Program-made: the position numbers and the translations under genes
The notes under the pieces: generated by a model
Seen by the model: only the letters and a program-made list of their open reading frames with translations
Databases searched by the model: none
What the model was told of the DNA's origin: nothing
NCBI RefSeq assembly: GCF_006345805.1
Contig: NC_043002.1
Coordinates: 60,326,001 to 60,390,000 of the forward strand
From: Octopus sinensis
Lineage: Eukaryota
Direction of reading: 5' to 3'
Length of the DNA stretch: 64,000 nt
Shown here: in pieces, positions 17,501 to 29,560 of the stretch
Layout of the letters: each line of letters starts with the position of its first letter
Position numbering within the stretch: position 1 is the first letter of the stretch

Positions 17501-18611
17501 TAAATGTTGAACTACATACTTTTAGATATTACGTTTGGAAATGTGACATTTTACAGTAAACTGGTCTTTGAAAAGAATCCATATAGCCCTCTCATTCCAA
17601 CGTCAATTCTCATGTTAGTTAAGCATATCACATTTCTCTCAATTTTTTTGATTGATACACGTACAGAATGTTTATAAGCGTATAAGAAGCAATATTTTGT
17701 CATGGAAAAAGTGCTGGAATAAGTTTTCAAATATGATACACATGCTTGGTTTTTCATTAGTAGAATCTTAAAACCACTAGGCAACAACTTCTACGCAATT
17801 CTAATTATTAAAGAAAATTCTAATTACAAATCCAGTTATATAACATCGTACCATTCGTCAGGACACTATGATCCATCAACATTCGGGACAAAATCGTTTG
17901 TCACTGTTCTCACTATTCTGTTCACCAGCATTAAAAGTTTCAACGATAGCCTTTTTATGAGACACATAAAGCACCTATTAAATGTCTCAAACCACACTAA
18001 TGTCTCAAACAAGATTTCGCATCTTCCTCATTCAGCCCGGGGTCGATGTAATCTACTACCCACCTCTCCAAAATTGCAGGCCTCGTGCCAAAAATTGAAA
18101 CCGATATAAATTACAATGTATTTTCTTGACCTAAAATATTCGTGAGGGATGATAGTCTTTGCTCTGTTTGCACCAAGGAGGAGTGGGCATTATACCCTTA
18201 CCAAAGGCCCCATTTCTCAACTGTCACACAAATAGTCTACATTTGAAGAGGTATAAACTTCTCCGAGTCGAATATCTCCTCATTTAGATAGCAACCAATT
18301 TTTGAAGTTGTTTCTACGGATTTTTTTAAAACTAAGGGTTATATTATAGATTTAAGAAGTTATTATTGTTAACAATAATAAAACCTATAATATAACCCTT
18401 AGTTTTTTTAAAAAAAGATAAGTGTAAAATATGATTGCTCTTTAACTTAAATATCCCTTTAGCTGATACCAGACATCAGTATTTTATTGATATTAGCTAA
18501 ATAGGTAAATATATAATTTTTAGTCTAATATATTTTGAATTATTATACTTTTTCTAAAAATCTTATCTATTGATGTTAATAAGCTACATATACTTTAACA
18601 TAGTATTAGTA

Positions 18612-18790
18612 CGAAGGTGGGTGGCTTAGTGGGTAGGGTGTCAGCATTATGATCGTAAGATTGTGACTCCGATTCCTGGACCGGGTGACGTGTTGTGTTC
18701 TTGAGCAAAACACTTCATTTCACGTTGCCCCAGTTCACTCAGCTGGCAAAAATGAGTAACGCTGGGATGGACTGGCATCCCGTCCAGCTG
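18612..18790 (+). mobile_element. SINE family C
   Basis: A box tggcttagtgg, B-box-like ccgattcc, CORE-like tgttgtgttcttgagcaaaacacttcatttcac, then gatggactggcatcccgtccag. Confidence 0.75.
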
Positions 18791-19399
18791 CTATTTTATT
18801 TCCTTTTCTATGGTGTTCTGCCCTACTTGGTTATTTTATTTCTCTATTATTTTATAATTAGCCTTTATTTATAAAATTAATCTAATTTTTGTATCTCTAT
18901 AAATTCATACTTATCTTATATAAAACTATGCTGGTATATTCAATACTTATAAAAAACTGCTTAGATTATAATTTTATTAATATATACTTAACATGTTCCT
19001 TTACCTCAATACTCATTTATTAATACCAATTATATACCAATTAATCTATATTCTCGGATACTATCTGATGAGTTAATATTTAAGTGTTCAATATGTATAA
19101 ACATTAAACTACTTCTGGATAATTTCTTTTCCCCCCTCTATTGTGGTAAAAGTTTGGAATATACTAAAAATTATTCTAAACTTTCTATCCTTTTGTTATA
19201 ATATTCTTCTTAATAATCCTCTGAATAACCCTAAACTTTAACTGTAAATATAATATAGCAACATTGTTTTAAATATTTAACTTTAGTACTATAGTACTTA
19301 ATTGTCAGCTAACAACTTGTTTTAAGTTTTCCGTTAGCAAACCTCATGATATTGCTTCTAATAAATCTTGATTTCATGACAATACCAGCTATGATGTCT

Positions 19400-19700
19400 G
19401 TCTGCTCCTTCAGCCCTATCCCTAACAGATACTGCCTTCTGTTCTCTCTGCCTTAGATACACAAGTGGTTTGATAAACTAGTCTATAAATTAAAACTGAC
19501 CCCATAAAAATTAAATCAGCGACAGGCAGAGTCTAACAATGTATATCTTCTTGAAAAGCTTAGTAACTTCTATGCTGGAGTAAGACAGCATGTTCTTTGT
19601 CTATCTCCTTAACTTCTTGGAGATTCTAGGTATAGTTATACTAATGTTTCCATCTGTTGTAATTTAATTAAATTATATGTCTTTGTGCAGCTGAAGATTG
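19400..19700 (+). pseudogene. Very decayed LINE RT fragment
   Basis: GVRQHVLCLSP*LL near 19577 resembles RT motif GVRQGCxLSPxLF. An ALD..KL-like patch lies upstream. Confidence 0.3.
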
Positions 19701-19898
19701 GTCTGCATTTTAAATTGGTGTAAGGATTGCATTGTTAAATTAAATCGAGTTGCATGAAACGATCGTACTGCATTACCTCTGGATATCCTTGTTCCTTATT
19801 TTGATTTTTACCTTCTTACTTTGAAATTGCATGGATAAAACCTACTAAATTCTGGTGCCACAACTTACGATCCATATTCATCTGAATCTAAATTTTTG

Positions 19899-19937
<39 letters not shown>

Positions 19938-19942
19938 CACAC

Positions 19943-20015
19943 ATTAATCCCTCGACTATCGCTGGCGTTGCGTTCCCAAACCATCCGCAATAGGTGAAAT
20001 CCTCTAAGTAGAAAC
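19943..20015 (+). mobile_element. pogo/Tigger-like terminal fragment
   Basis: attaatccctcgactatcgctggcgttgcgttcc...caataggtgaaatcc resembles Tigger-type ends. Confidence 0.4.
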
Positions 20016-20206
20016 AATAGTGTGTTGTATATTTCTTCTTAATTAGTTTTATAATTAGTATATATTCATTTTATTTTAAATGCAAAACAACGCCAAACAC
20101 TCCCCGCCCCCAAATTTCGTTTTCCTTACAGTATGTGCCGTTCTTCGTTTACTCATCTACGGTACTCTACGGACTTTATGTATTTTCTTTTAATATTTTT
20201 TTAATT

Positions 20207-20424
20207 AAGGCAGCGGACAGGCAGGATCGTTAGCACGCCGGGCGAAATGCTTAGTGGTTTTTCGTCTGTCTTTACGTTCTGAGTTCAAGTTTCGCCGAGG
20301 TGGCCTATGCATTTCATCCTTTCGGGGTCAATATATTAAGTACCAGTTGCGTACTGGTGGGCATTCAGATCGTCTGGCTCTTTTCCCATAAATTTCAGGC
20401 CTTTTGCCTAGAGTGGAGAAAGAC
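20207..20424 (+). mobile_element. SINE family A
   Basis: Head, core and tail aaatttcaggccttttgcctagagtggagaaag. Confidence 0.85.
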
Positions 20425-20489
20425 ATCTTTTGAATTAATTTCACTGGCAGAAATGTTAGCACACCGGGTGATATATATATATATATATC

Positions 20490-20760
20490 TATTCTTTTCA
20501 TAGTCCCAGTCATTTGACTGGGGCCATGCTGGAGCACTACCTGAAGGGGATTTTCTTTAAATCTAAGAAACCGACTCCAGGACTTGTTCTTTGTACGCTT
20601 GGTACTTCTTCTATTCCTCTCTTTCGATGGATTGCTGGGTTACTGGTACGTAAGCACACCAACGACGGTTGACAAGCTATGATGGGAAGACAAACACAGA
20701 CACAAGGACACACAAATAAATATACACCTACCTACATATATCTACATACATACATACATA
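20490..20760 (-). mobile_element. SINE family B, 3' half (5' half at 25263-25425)
   Basis: cagtcatttgactggggccatgctggagcac...gacaaacacagacac, ending in the internal microsatellite. Confidence 0.8.
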
Positions 20761-20841
20761 CATGCATACATACATACATACATACATACATACATACATA
20801 CATACATACATACATACACACACACATATATGTATATATAT

Positions 20842-21025
20842 AGTGAGAATTTACAAAAAGCAAAAAAACAAAAGATGAAGACGGGTGTGTAAACGACAAA
20901 CAGATGTATTAGCTTAACGCTCGGGAAGTGAGAAAGTCTTTTACGTTTCGAGCCTAAGGTCTTCGACAGAAAGGAACACGGATATAAACAGGGAGAGAAA
21001 ATAAAAAATTGTTTACTGGCTAGCG

Positions 21026-21027
<2 letters not shown>
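20842..21027 (-). mobile_element. Short PLE-like terminal remnant with HHR-like motif
   Basis: Minus strand reads cttt CTGTCGA a gacc tta ggctc GAAA cgta aaag. Related to 42487-42620, 42825-43032 and 43570-43790. Flanked by microsatellites. Confidence 0.55.
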
Positions 21028-21071
<44 letters not shown>

Positions 21072-21094
21072 ATATCTATCTATCTATCTATCTA

Positions 21095-21140
<46 letters not shown>

Positions 21141-21196
21141 CTATCTATCTCTATCTATCTATCTATATCTATCTATCATCTATCTATCTATCTATC

Positions 21197-21238
<42 letters not shown>

Positions 21239-21342
21239 ATATATTGATAAAACGGTAAGATAACAAAAGAAAGAAAGAGACCTCAATATTATGTAAATAG
21301 GGGAAATTTATCTATACAATATGTTACATTACTCGGTAGTCA

Positions 21343-21405
21343 AGATAAAACTCTGAGTTTCAGATGCCGAAGTGGAAATCCACAACACCATCTCTTCGGT
21401 TATCT
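21343..21405 (-). ncRNA. Type I hammerhead ribozyme-like motif in PLE 3' end
   Basis: Reverse complement of the motif at 25018-25080. Confidence 0.65.
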
Positions 21406-21517
21406 GGCTATTTGAAAACGTTATGAAAAAATACCGTTAAAAATGAAGGGAAATTACTCTGTTATAACTCTGCTTGCCTGCGTACTTATACATCGCTCGC
21501 ATTTTTCGTCATAAAAA

Positions 21518-22033
21518 TTATATAAAAATACATAAAATATATAAAAATATATAAAAATATATAAAATCTTCTTGGGACATAACACAGAAAGCATGTTCTA
21601 TCCGTTTTCTTAGGGGACCGAAAACGTAACAGAAATTAGTCACATGTGGGCATGATCCGAAAAGCTCTGTCCTTGTATTTAGACATGTGGTAGGGTCTAA
21701 GCTGCTTTTCCAGATAAGCCATCTCTCCATGTCGCATAAACCGCACCTTCCGCTGCCGTTAGTATAGGGCTTACATCTGGCCAAAATCTTCCATTGTATG
21801 TTATAATCGACACCTTTATCTCTTAAAGACCAAATATGATTGGATAATTGTGTCGCTTTTCTTTTGTTCCAGTGCCTAAAGCTCAAAGTGTGGTTATTGA
21901 ACCTGGCCTTGAAATTACCCTCTGTCAGGCCCACGTATTTCTTCGTCGAAACGGTGTCTTTAGTGGTTATAGAGTTTACGGTAGCTTCATATATGATGGT
22001 CTTGGACATGCAAGCTCCATTTAGCGGGCACAA
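21518..22033 (-). pseudogene. PLE GIY-YIG endonuclease domain
   Basis: CPLNGAC..IIYEATV..KKYVGLTEGNFKARFNNH..CGLCDMER..LNTRTELFGSCPH: GIY-YIG fold with the Cys/His motif of Penelope-clade elements. Confidence 0.9.
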
Positions 22034-22211
22034 TTCTTTATTCCTGCATGAACAGCTGTTTTCTCTTGTGTTTTTTTGTATGTTATGATTGATTATGTTT
22101 TTAAATTGGTAGTTGAACTAAAACTAATTTTTAAATTGTGTCTATTAAAGAGTTTCCTATAAGCATGGTTAACTGGAAAATGTCTATCTATCAGTGCTAG
22201 GAAATATTTAC

Positions 22212-23569
22212 CTATATGAAGGCCACCTCGGGTGAGTAAGGGGGCGTAAACCAGATGACCTTCCTATTTCTATTATTCCTTTTCCTTATTGTTGGGCTGG
22301 TGATAGGTGTATATTTTATTTTTTCGCTAAAACCACTATCTTTTAAAGCTTTATTATAAACTGGGGCAACGCTATTGAAGATGTCCTCATTAGATGAGAG
22401 GCTAGAAATCCTCTTACTAATATTTTTAACTAAATTTTGAATACTATAGGGGGATGGCATGAACCTACATTAATATAACTTAGTCTATCATTGGGCTTCC
22501 TATAAGGCTTATAAATATTATTATTAAGATCTAAGGAAACGTCTAAGAAATTGACAACCGTCAGGTTAGTGTCTATAGTTATACTAAGTCCGAAGTGTTT
22601 CATTAACTGGATAATATCCTTCCTAAAACGATCTTGTGCTGGTCCATTTGTATTAGCTGTTAAGGCGAGGGCATCATCTTTGTAGATGGCGAAATGTACG
22701 TTAGGGAATGTCTTACCGAAGGTATCTAGGAGAAAGAGTCCAATTAGATCACAGATGCCTGCCCCATCATATGAACCCATGCTCACATCGAAAGCGCCCT
22801 CCGTGTCGGTGTTTTTTACCCACTTGCATTCTCACTGAAAAGTAATGTCTTCTAGCATGGAAGATTATATCCTTATCATTGGTACTAATTTCTATGAAGT
22901 CACTAGCGAAGATTAGGGCTTTATCTAGCAGTTCTTTAGAGATAGAGGCATAAAATCAACATATCGAATGTGAAACCTCGCTTTTTCTTATTCTTAATAG
23001 CTTTAAACAAGTCTACGACTTCTATACTATTGGACCATTGCACTAGCCAGTATCGGTTTATTTTCGTATTTATTTATCTAAAATTTCTTTGCTAATAATC
23101 CCTGTTTGACTTGGCTGGGTGATAAGCCTACATTTAGGTTGGAAAGGAAGTTTTCTTTGTGGTCTTTAATAGTAATAAACTTTTTGGGGAGGTTCTATTT
23201 TATCTAATTTAAGTTTAGCGGCGATGACGCTAGCTTCTTATTAATTCGTTATATGTCTGTGCCCTAGCCTTAGTATAATTATTATGATGCTGTGTAAGAG
23301 TTGTGTGTATTTGCTGTTATCTACCAGGTATAAGTTTGGTTTTATCCGAAAAAAGTGCTTTTTTCTTGGAGCTTTTTATATGATCAATATCTTTTTTCAA
23401 TTTATGTTGGAAATTGTTAAAAGACTTACGAAACTTTTTTTGCTCATGATCTTCAGCAGGTCCGCTTCGAAATCTTCCAAGCCTTTAATCCTAGGAGGGA
23501 ATCTTTTGGATTTTATCCGATAGCAAATGTTTTCCTTGGTGTTCGCTTCTGTGTCAAAAAAGAAAGCCT
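22212..23569 (-). pseudogene. PLE reverse transcriptase (frameshifted)
   Basis: ORF pieces 22430-22786 (MGSYDGA, YKDD) and 22212-22460, plus the N-terminal piece inside 23397-23569. Confidence 0.9.
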
Positions 23570-25102
23570 TAAAAAGCTCCAAGAAAAAAGCACTTTTTTC
23601 GGATAAAACCAAGAACTTATACCTGGTAGATAACAGCTTTCGATGTGAGCATGGGTTCATATGATGGGGCAGGCATCTGTGATCTAATTGGACTCTTTCT
23701 CCTAGATACCTTCGGTAAGACATTCCCTAACGTACATTTCGCCATCTACAAAGATGATGCCCTCGCCTTAACAGCTAATACAAATGGACCAGCCAAGATC
23801 GTTTTAGGAGGATATTATCAGTTAATGAAACACTTCGGACTTAGTATAACTATAGACACTAACCTGACGGTTGTCAATTTCTAGACGTTTCCTTAGATCT
23901 TAATAAATATTTATAAGCCTTATAGGAAGCCCAATGATAGACTAAGTTAATAGTAGGTTCATGCCATCCCCTATAGTATTCAAAAATTTAGTTTAAAATA
24001 TTAGTAAGATGATTTCTAGCCTTCATCTAATGAGGACATCTTCAATAGCGTTGCCCCAGTTTATAATAAAGCTTAAAAAAGATGTGTTTTAGCGAAAAAT
24101 AAAAATATGCACCTATCACCAGCCCAACAATAAGGAAAAGGAATAATAGAAATAGGAAGGTCATCTGGTTTACGCCCCCTTACTCACCCGAGGTGGCCTT
24201 CAATATAGGTAAATATTTCCTAGCACTGATAGATAGACATTTTCCAGTTAACCATGCTTATAGGAAACTCTTTAATAGACACATTTAAAAATTAGTTTTA
24301 GTTCAACTACCAATTTTAAAAACATAATCAATCATAACATACAAAAAACACAAGAAGAAAACAGCTTTCATGCAGGAATAAAGAATTGTGCCCGCTAAAT
24401 GGAGCTTGCATGTCCAAGACCATCATATATGAAGCTACCGTAAACTCTATAACCACTAAAGACACCGTTTCGACGAAGAAATACGTGGGCCTGACAGAGG
24501 GTAATTTCAAGGCCAGGTTCAATAACCACACTTTGAGCTTTAGGCACTGGAAACAAAAGAAAAGCGACACAATTATCCAATCATATTTGGTCTTTAAGAG
24601 ATAAAGGTGTCGATTATAACATACAATGGAAGATTTTGGCCAGATGTAAGCCCTATACTAACGGCAGCGGAAGGTGCGGTTTATGCGACATGGAGAGATG
24701 GCTTATCTGGAAAAGCAGCTTAGACCCTACCACATGTCTAAATACAAGGACAGAGCTTTTTGGATCATGCCCACATGTGACTAAATTTCTGTTACGTTTT
24801 TGGTCCCCTAAAGAAAACGGATAGAACATGCTTTCTGTGTTATGTCCCAAGAAGATTTTATATATTTTTATATATTTTTATATATTTTTATGTATTTTTA
24901 TATAATTTTTATGACGAAAAATGCGAGCGATGTATAAGTACGCAGGCAAAGCAGAGTTATAACAGAGTAATTCCCTTCATTTTTAACGGTATTTTTTCAT
25001 AACGTTTTCAAATAGCCAGATAACCGAAGAGATGGTGTTGTGGATTTCCACTTCGGCATCTGAAACTCAGAGTTTTATCTTGACTACCGAGTAATGTAAC
25101 AT

Positions 25103-25110
<8 letters not shown>
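23570..25110 (+). mobile_element. Penelope-like element, right inverted copy with ~517-bp internal deletion
   Basis: 23570-23637 mirrors 23313-23378. 23638-25110 mirrors about 21312-22795. The junction uses a GC microhomology. Confidence 0.95.
25018..25080 (+). ncRNA. Type I hammerhead ribozyme-like motif in PLE 3' end
   Basis: Stem I AGATAA/TTATCT (6 bp), core CCGAAGA, stem II GATG..CATC, GAAA, palindromic helix III ACTC-a-GAGT, predicted GUU cleavage after 25074. Confidence 0.65.
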
Positions 25111-25150
<40 letters not shown>

Positions 25151-25152
25151 AT

Positions 25153-25189
<37 letters not shown>

Positions 25190-25227
25190 CTTGTATGTGG
25201 GGATGGTAATGTTGCCAGTTTAGCCAA

Positions 25228-25262
<35 letters not shown>

Positions 25263-25264
<2 letters not shown>

Positions 25265-25425
25265 CGGGCTACTTGCAATTTCCGTCTACCAAATCCACCC
25301 ACATGGCTTTGGTGGGGCTGATGCTATATTAGAAGACACTTACCTAACTTGCAACGCAGTGGGATTGAACCCGATACCATTTGGTTGGGAAGCAAGCTTG
25401 TTACAGTACAGCCATTCCTATGGCT
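25263..25425 (-). mobile_element. SINE family B, 5' half (partner of 20490-20760)
   Basis: gacgggctacttgcaatttccgtctaccaaatccacccac...gggattgaacccgataccatttggttgg. Confidence 0.8.
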
Positions 25426-25439
25426 ATATATTCACTATT

Positions 25440-25612
25440 CGCGCAAAGCATGTAGAGGGAGCTCTTGTCGATTTATTCAATCCTTATGATCAACTGCTAC
25501 TTGTTTTAAATGAAATCTGCTCAGGGTGGAGAGTGAACTCAATAATAATGCCGGAGGACACGCCGCTAATCATTTAGTCCGGCGTGCTCACAGATCGGGC
25601 AATTCTCCGCCT
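25440..25612 (-). mobile_element. SINE family A, diverged
   Basis: Minus strand begins ggcggagaattgcccgatctgtgagcacgccggactaaatgattagcggc. Confidence 0.6.
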
Positions 25613-26627
25613 TTTTCAAACTCACTGTATTAACAGTAGTACCATTAACTGAATATTTTTTATTGATTTCCAACATACGTATTATTTCACAAATATTTTG
25701 CAGAGTATTATCGATTTAGTCAACTCTGCTACTTTACTGGTATTTAGTTTATCAAATACGGAAAAAAAAAAGATGAATGACGATGTTGGCGTCAGCGGCA
25801 GAATTTCAACTTAAAAATGTAAAAGCACGTCCGGTGTTCTATGAATTCTGGTGAGCTCTATAATGGTACTCAAGAATTTATGTTGCAAATGGTGAATGTC
25901 TGCAAAAATCATAGATCATTTCTGATTTCCCCAACGACCAGAAATAGAAAAGCGGTGATATTTTACAGGATATATTAGGTGACTGGTGAAGAAACCTGCG
26001 GAAATTGAAGTGATGCTGAACACCTAAATTTATGTGTTTAGGTTTACAAGAAATATAAACCACAGCTATCACACTGACATCTTCTGACATTACTATTACA
26101 CACTGAATTACAAGCTACAGTAATGAAAACTCAAAAATGTTACCTTCACAATAATTTATATAAATCTAACGATAAATCTTTCATTATTTCTCGGAAGTAG
26201 AATTGGTCGAAAGTTTTTGTGTTAAGAATAGTTATATAGTTTGAACCAAATGAGAGATGGTTATTCTCTTCTCGTTGAAATTGCGCACGGACTCTGGCAG
26301 AGATTCTTAATCATTTTAAGTTGGTGGTACCCTGGAGATAAAACGAAATCATTACTGGTCTTTAGAAATAGTTCCACATTTATCTAAAATTATACACTCT
26401 TCAATCCCTTTAGAACCAAAGGACATATCATGTAATACGTTTTAGGATCAAGTATATTTGAAACGGATATTTTTTCGTAATTAGAATCGACTGCTCATGG
26501 CTTGAAACGACAGTTTATTCACGATTAAAGCATCTTGGATATACATTATCAAGGCTCCCTAGAGTGTAATTAACATTGACGACAATTACAACACTTCTAT
26601 GTTAGTAAGAATCCAGTGATCACAAGT

Positions 26628-26850
26628 GGAGGTGCATGGATTAGTGGTTAAGAAGTTGCATTCCTGATAGTAAGTTTGGGGTTTCAATTCCTGGAACAGG
26701 TGATGCCTTGTGTTTTGAGCAAATCAATTCCTTTCACGTTTTTCCAGTTCACGTACTTGGCAAAAAATGAGTATTTTTTGCGACGCACCGGAATCCTCTC
26801 TAGGTGAGCAACGTGGAAACCGACCCTATAAGCTTATATGACTCGGAAAA
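26628..26850 (+). mobile_element. SINE family C, diverged
   Basis: tggattagtggtt A box, gtttcaattcc B box, ttgtgttttgagcaaa...ggcaaaaaatgagta. Confidence 0.65.
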
Positions 26851-26949
26851 TATTTACTAGTGATCAGAACTATAAAAGAGACATGTTAACTACACGGAAG
26901 TCTGTACACATTAATCATGATAGTAAAGCGGTGTAGTTTGCTTGAAGCA

Positions 26950-27195
26950 TTGTTGTACCGATGAAAGAAAAGAAGAAGGAAAGTAAGAAGTCTTCTAACA
27001 ACGCAGAACGTTTCACAAAAACCTTTATATTTCAGGTATAAATTATCACCCTCTGAAGGAAACAGTTTGGGTCTACGTTCTTCTGAAGATGGGCTTTGCG
27101 CCCGAAATATAAAGGTTTTTTTGTTTGTTTTAAAAGAAACAAACTTTCTGCATTGATAGAAGCTTTCTTATTTTTCCTTTCCTTCTCTGTCATAA
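26950..27195. repeat. Degenerate inverted repeat of HHR-bearing PLE-like ends
   Basis: acaaaaacctttatatttcagg mirrors cccgaaatataaaggttttt, and the outer arms also align (ttctgcgttgttagaagac vs ttctgcattgatagaagc). Confidence 0.65.
27079..27115 (+). ncRNA. Minimal type I hammerhead ribozyme, canonical core
   Basis: TCTT CTGAAGA T GGGC tttgc GCCC GAAA TAT A AAGG. Palindromic ATAT helix III, AUA cleavage triplet. Confidence 0.7.
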
Positions 27196-27779
27196 CGTCT
27201 TAACTGAATAATAATCACACGTTTCTCCTTACAAGTAACAATTCTCGTCACAATTTTTCTACTTCTATATCTTACTGTTAAAACTATTGCAAACGACGAA
27301 GTAATATAATGAGTAGCACTGAAGATCATAGCTGACTTCCATCAGAAACATTCCCTGTCCAACACTACTATTAACATTTTCACCTCTAACTACGTCAATG
27401 CATTGCTTTCAATAATTTACTCATATTATTATCATTGTCATCAGGACACCGACCTCCATTATCGCCACAACAATAGCTACAACGTCTCATACAACTGTTG
27501 TTATCACCAGCTCAATCAAGATAACTGTATCCAATATAGCCATCATCTCCGCAACAACTGTTGACACGATAATCATTACCGTAGAAAACAGAAGAAACAA
27601 CTAGAACTTCTGTAAGTCTACCACCACCAACACAGTGCTTGAACACCACCGCCTCCACCAGTATCCGGACCACCACCACCTCCATTATCGTCCTTAAATA
27701 CCAACAGCATCATTAACCTCAGCAGCATATCCAACCAATTTTGTTGTGGTTCTATCATAAAGCAATACCGACTCGCACG

Positions 27780-28087
27780 TCTAATATCATCATCGTCATC
27801 ATCATCATCATCATCATAATCAACAGCAACAACTTCTTTACTATATTCATTATTATCAAAGGTAATAAACTATCGTCCGACAATATGAATATTATCACCC
27901 GTATTGTCTAAGTCACTACTATCAACACCAACAGCAGCAGCAACAGCAGCAGCAGCAGCAGCAACTGCAGCAATGACACAAACAACGAATCTGAGAGGAA
28001 CAACAAAAGTAACATGAGTGGCACAGTTTAAATGATATAATGTATTCAAAGCAAATGACATGACGTCCTTTATGGTTCTCATCATCG

Positions 28088-28119
<32 letters not shown>

Positions 28120-29560
28120 TTCATCATCATCATCGTCATCATCATCATCATCATCGTGGTCGTCGCCGTGGTCGTCGCCGTGGTCGTCGTCGTCGTTCTC
28201 GTAGTCATCTTCATCGTCGTCATTGCCATCATCATAATCATCATCATCGTCGTTGTCGTCGTCATCATCGTCGTCATCATCATCATCATCAACAACAACA
28301 GCAACAACAACAACATGCAAAAGGAATGCAATTACAAATAAATTCTAAATCCGATCAAGTATGTTGTAATACGGAAGCCAAGCACAACGAAAATAAACGA
28401 AACTAGCGTCGACATCGGCATTCTAACAAATAATACAACTACCATACTGCATTGACCCAGAGTACAACCACCCCCACTACCGCCAGCATCTCCATTACTA
28501 TTACCACTACCATTACTGCCATCACCACCACCATCACCACCAACAACATCACACCCACCACTACGACTACCATCACCATTGTCACCACCACCACATTCAC
28601 CCCCACTTGCCACCAACACCTTTACCAACAGCACGACTCTCATCACCATCACAAACACCCCCACCACTACGACCGTTATCACCACCCCATCACCATTACC
28701 ACCATAACTACCAACACAACCACTGCTACCATCACCACCACCACCACCACCACCACGACTTTTATCACCACCGCCATCATCAGCACCACAACCACTGCCA
28801 CCGTCGCCATCACCACAACCACTACCACCATGACTTTTATCACCCCCACCAACATTACCACCACAACCACTGCCACCATCACCACTATCAAAACTATCAG
28901 CACCATCAAAACCGCCACCACCACCACCACTACCACCACTACCGCTACTATATCCATAACCACCACCACCACCATCACCACCGCTCTTAATATTTAGGCA
29001 ACCAGCGCCATCATCAACAACAATATTGTCTCCAAAAACCGAAGAAATTAAAAAATCTGTGACGGACCCTACTACTTCCTTTTCCACTCCCGCCAATAAC
29101 ATTCAGAACCAACAACGCTAAACAAACCACTACATTTATAAGCACACACCACGACACCATTACTTCAAACATACTGCCCCAGAACCACCACACCACCACC
29201 GCCACTACCACCCCAACACCATTATATCAAATACGAATACCACCACGACCGTAACCACCATTACCGCGAATATACGCCAACACCACCATACCCAGCGTTA
29301 GCACAAATATGAGCCACCACCAATACCACCACCACAACCAATACCTTAAATCTACGCCAGCAATACCACCACCACTACCACCATTACCTCAAACATATGC
29401 CGTACCACAAACGTCATCACCAGTACTACATCTAGCACAAACCACCAACACCAACAGCAACATCAGCAACATTATAGCAAATATGCTCCACGACCAGCAT
29501 TAACGCAAACGTATGCCAACCCCGCCACCAACTCCACCTGCATTAGCTGAAACACACACA
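27780..29560. repeat. Cryptic trinucleotide low-complexity region (CAT/CAC/CAG/GTC)
   Basis: Mosaic of related triplets. Gives T/H/G/V-rich ORFs in several frames on both strands. Confidence 0.85.

Larger units (their letters stand above)
21245..23569 (-). mobile_element. Penelope-like element, left (longer) copy, 5'-truncated
   Basis: N-terminal region (KSKRFPPRIKGLEDFEADLL...FSDKT), RT (IKDHKENF, MGSYDGA, YKDD, VNFLDVSLDL), thumb (YKPYRKPN, IWFTPPYS), GIY-YIG, then a 3' UTR with HHR. Multiple 1-bp frameshifts. Confidence 0.95.

Noticed and set aside
23397-23723. 108-aa ORF spanning the Penelope junction
   Set aside because: Chimeric reading of antisense and sense PLE pieces, not a gene.
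27870-29503. Long Thr-, His-, Gly- and Asp-rich ORFs resembling mucin or glycine-rich proteins
   Set aside because: Open in several frames on both strands because of triplet low complexity. No unique domain or splice support.
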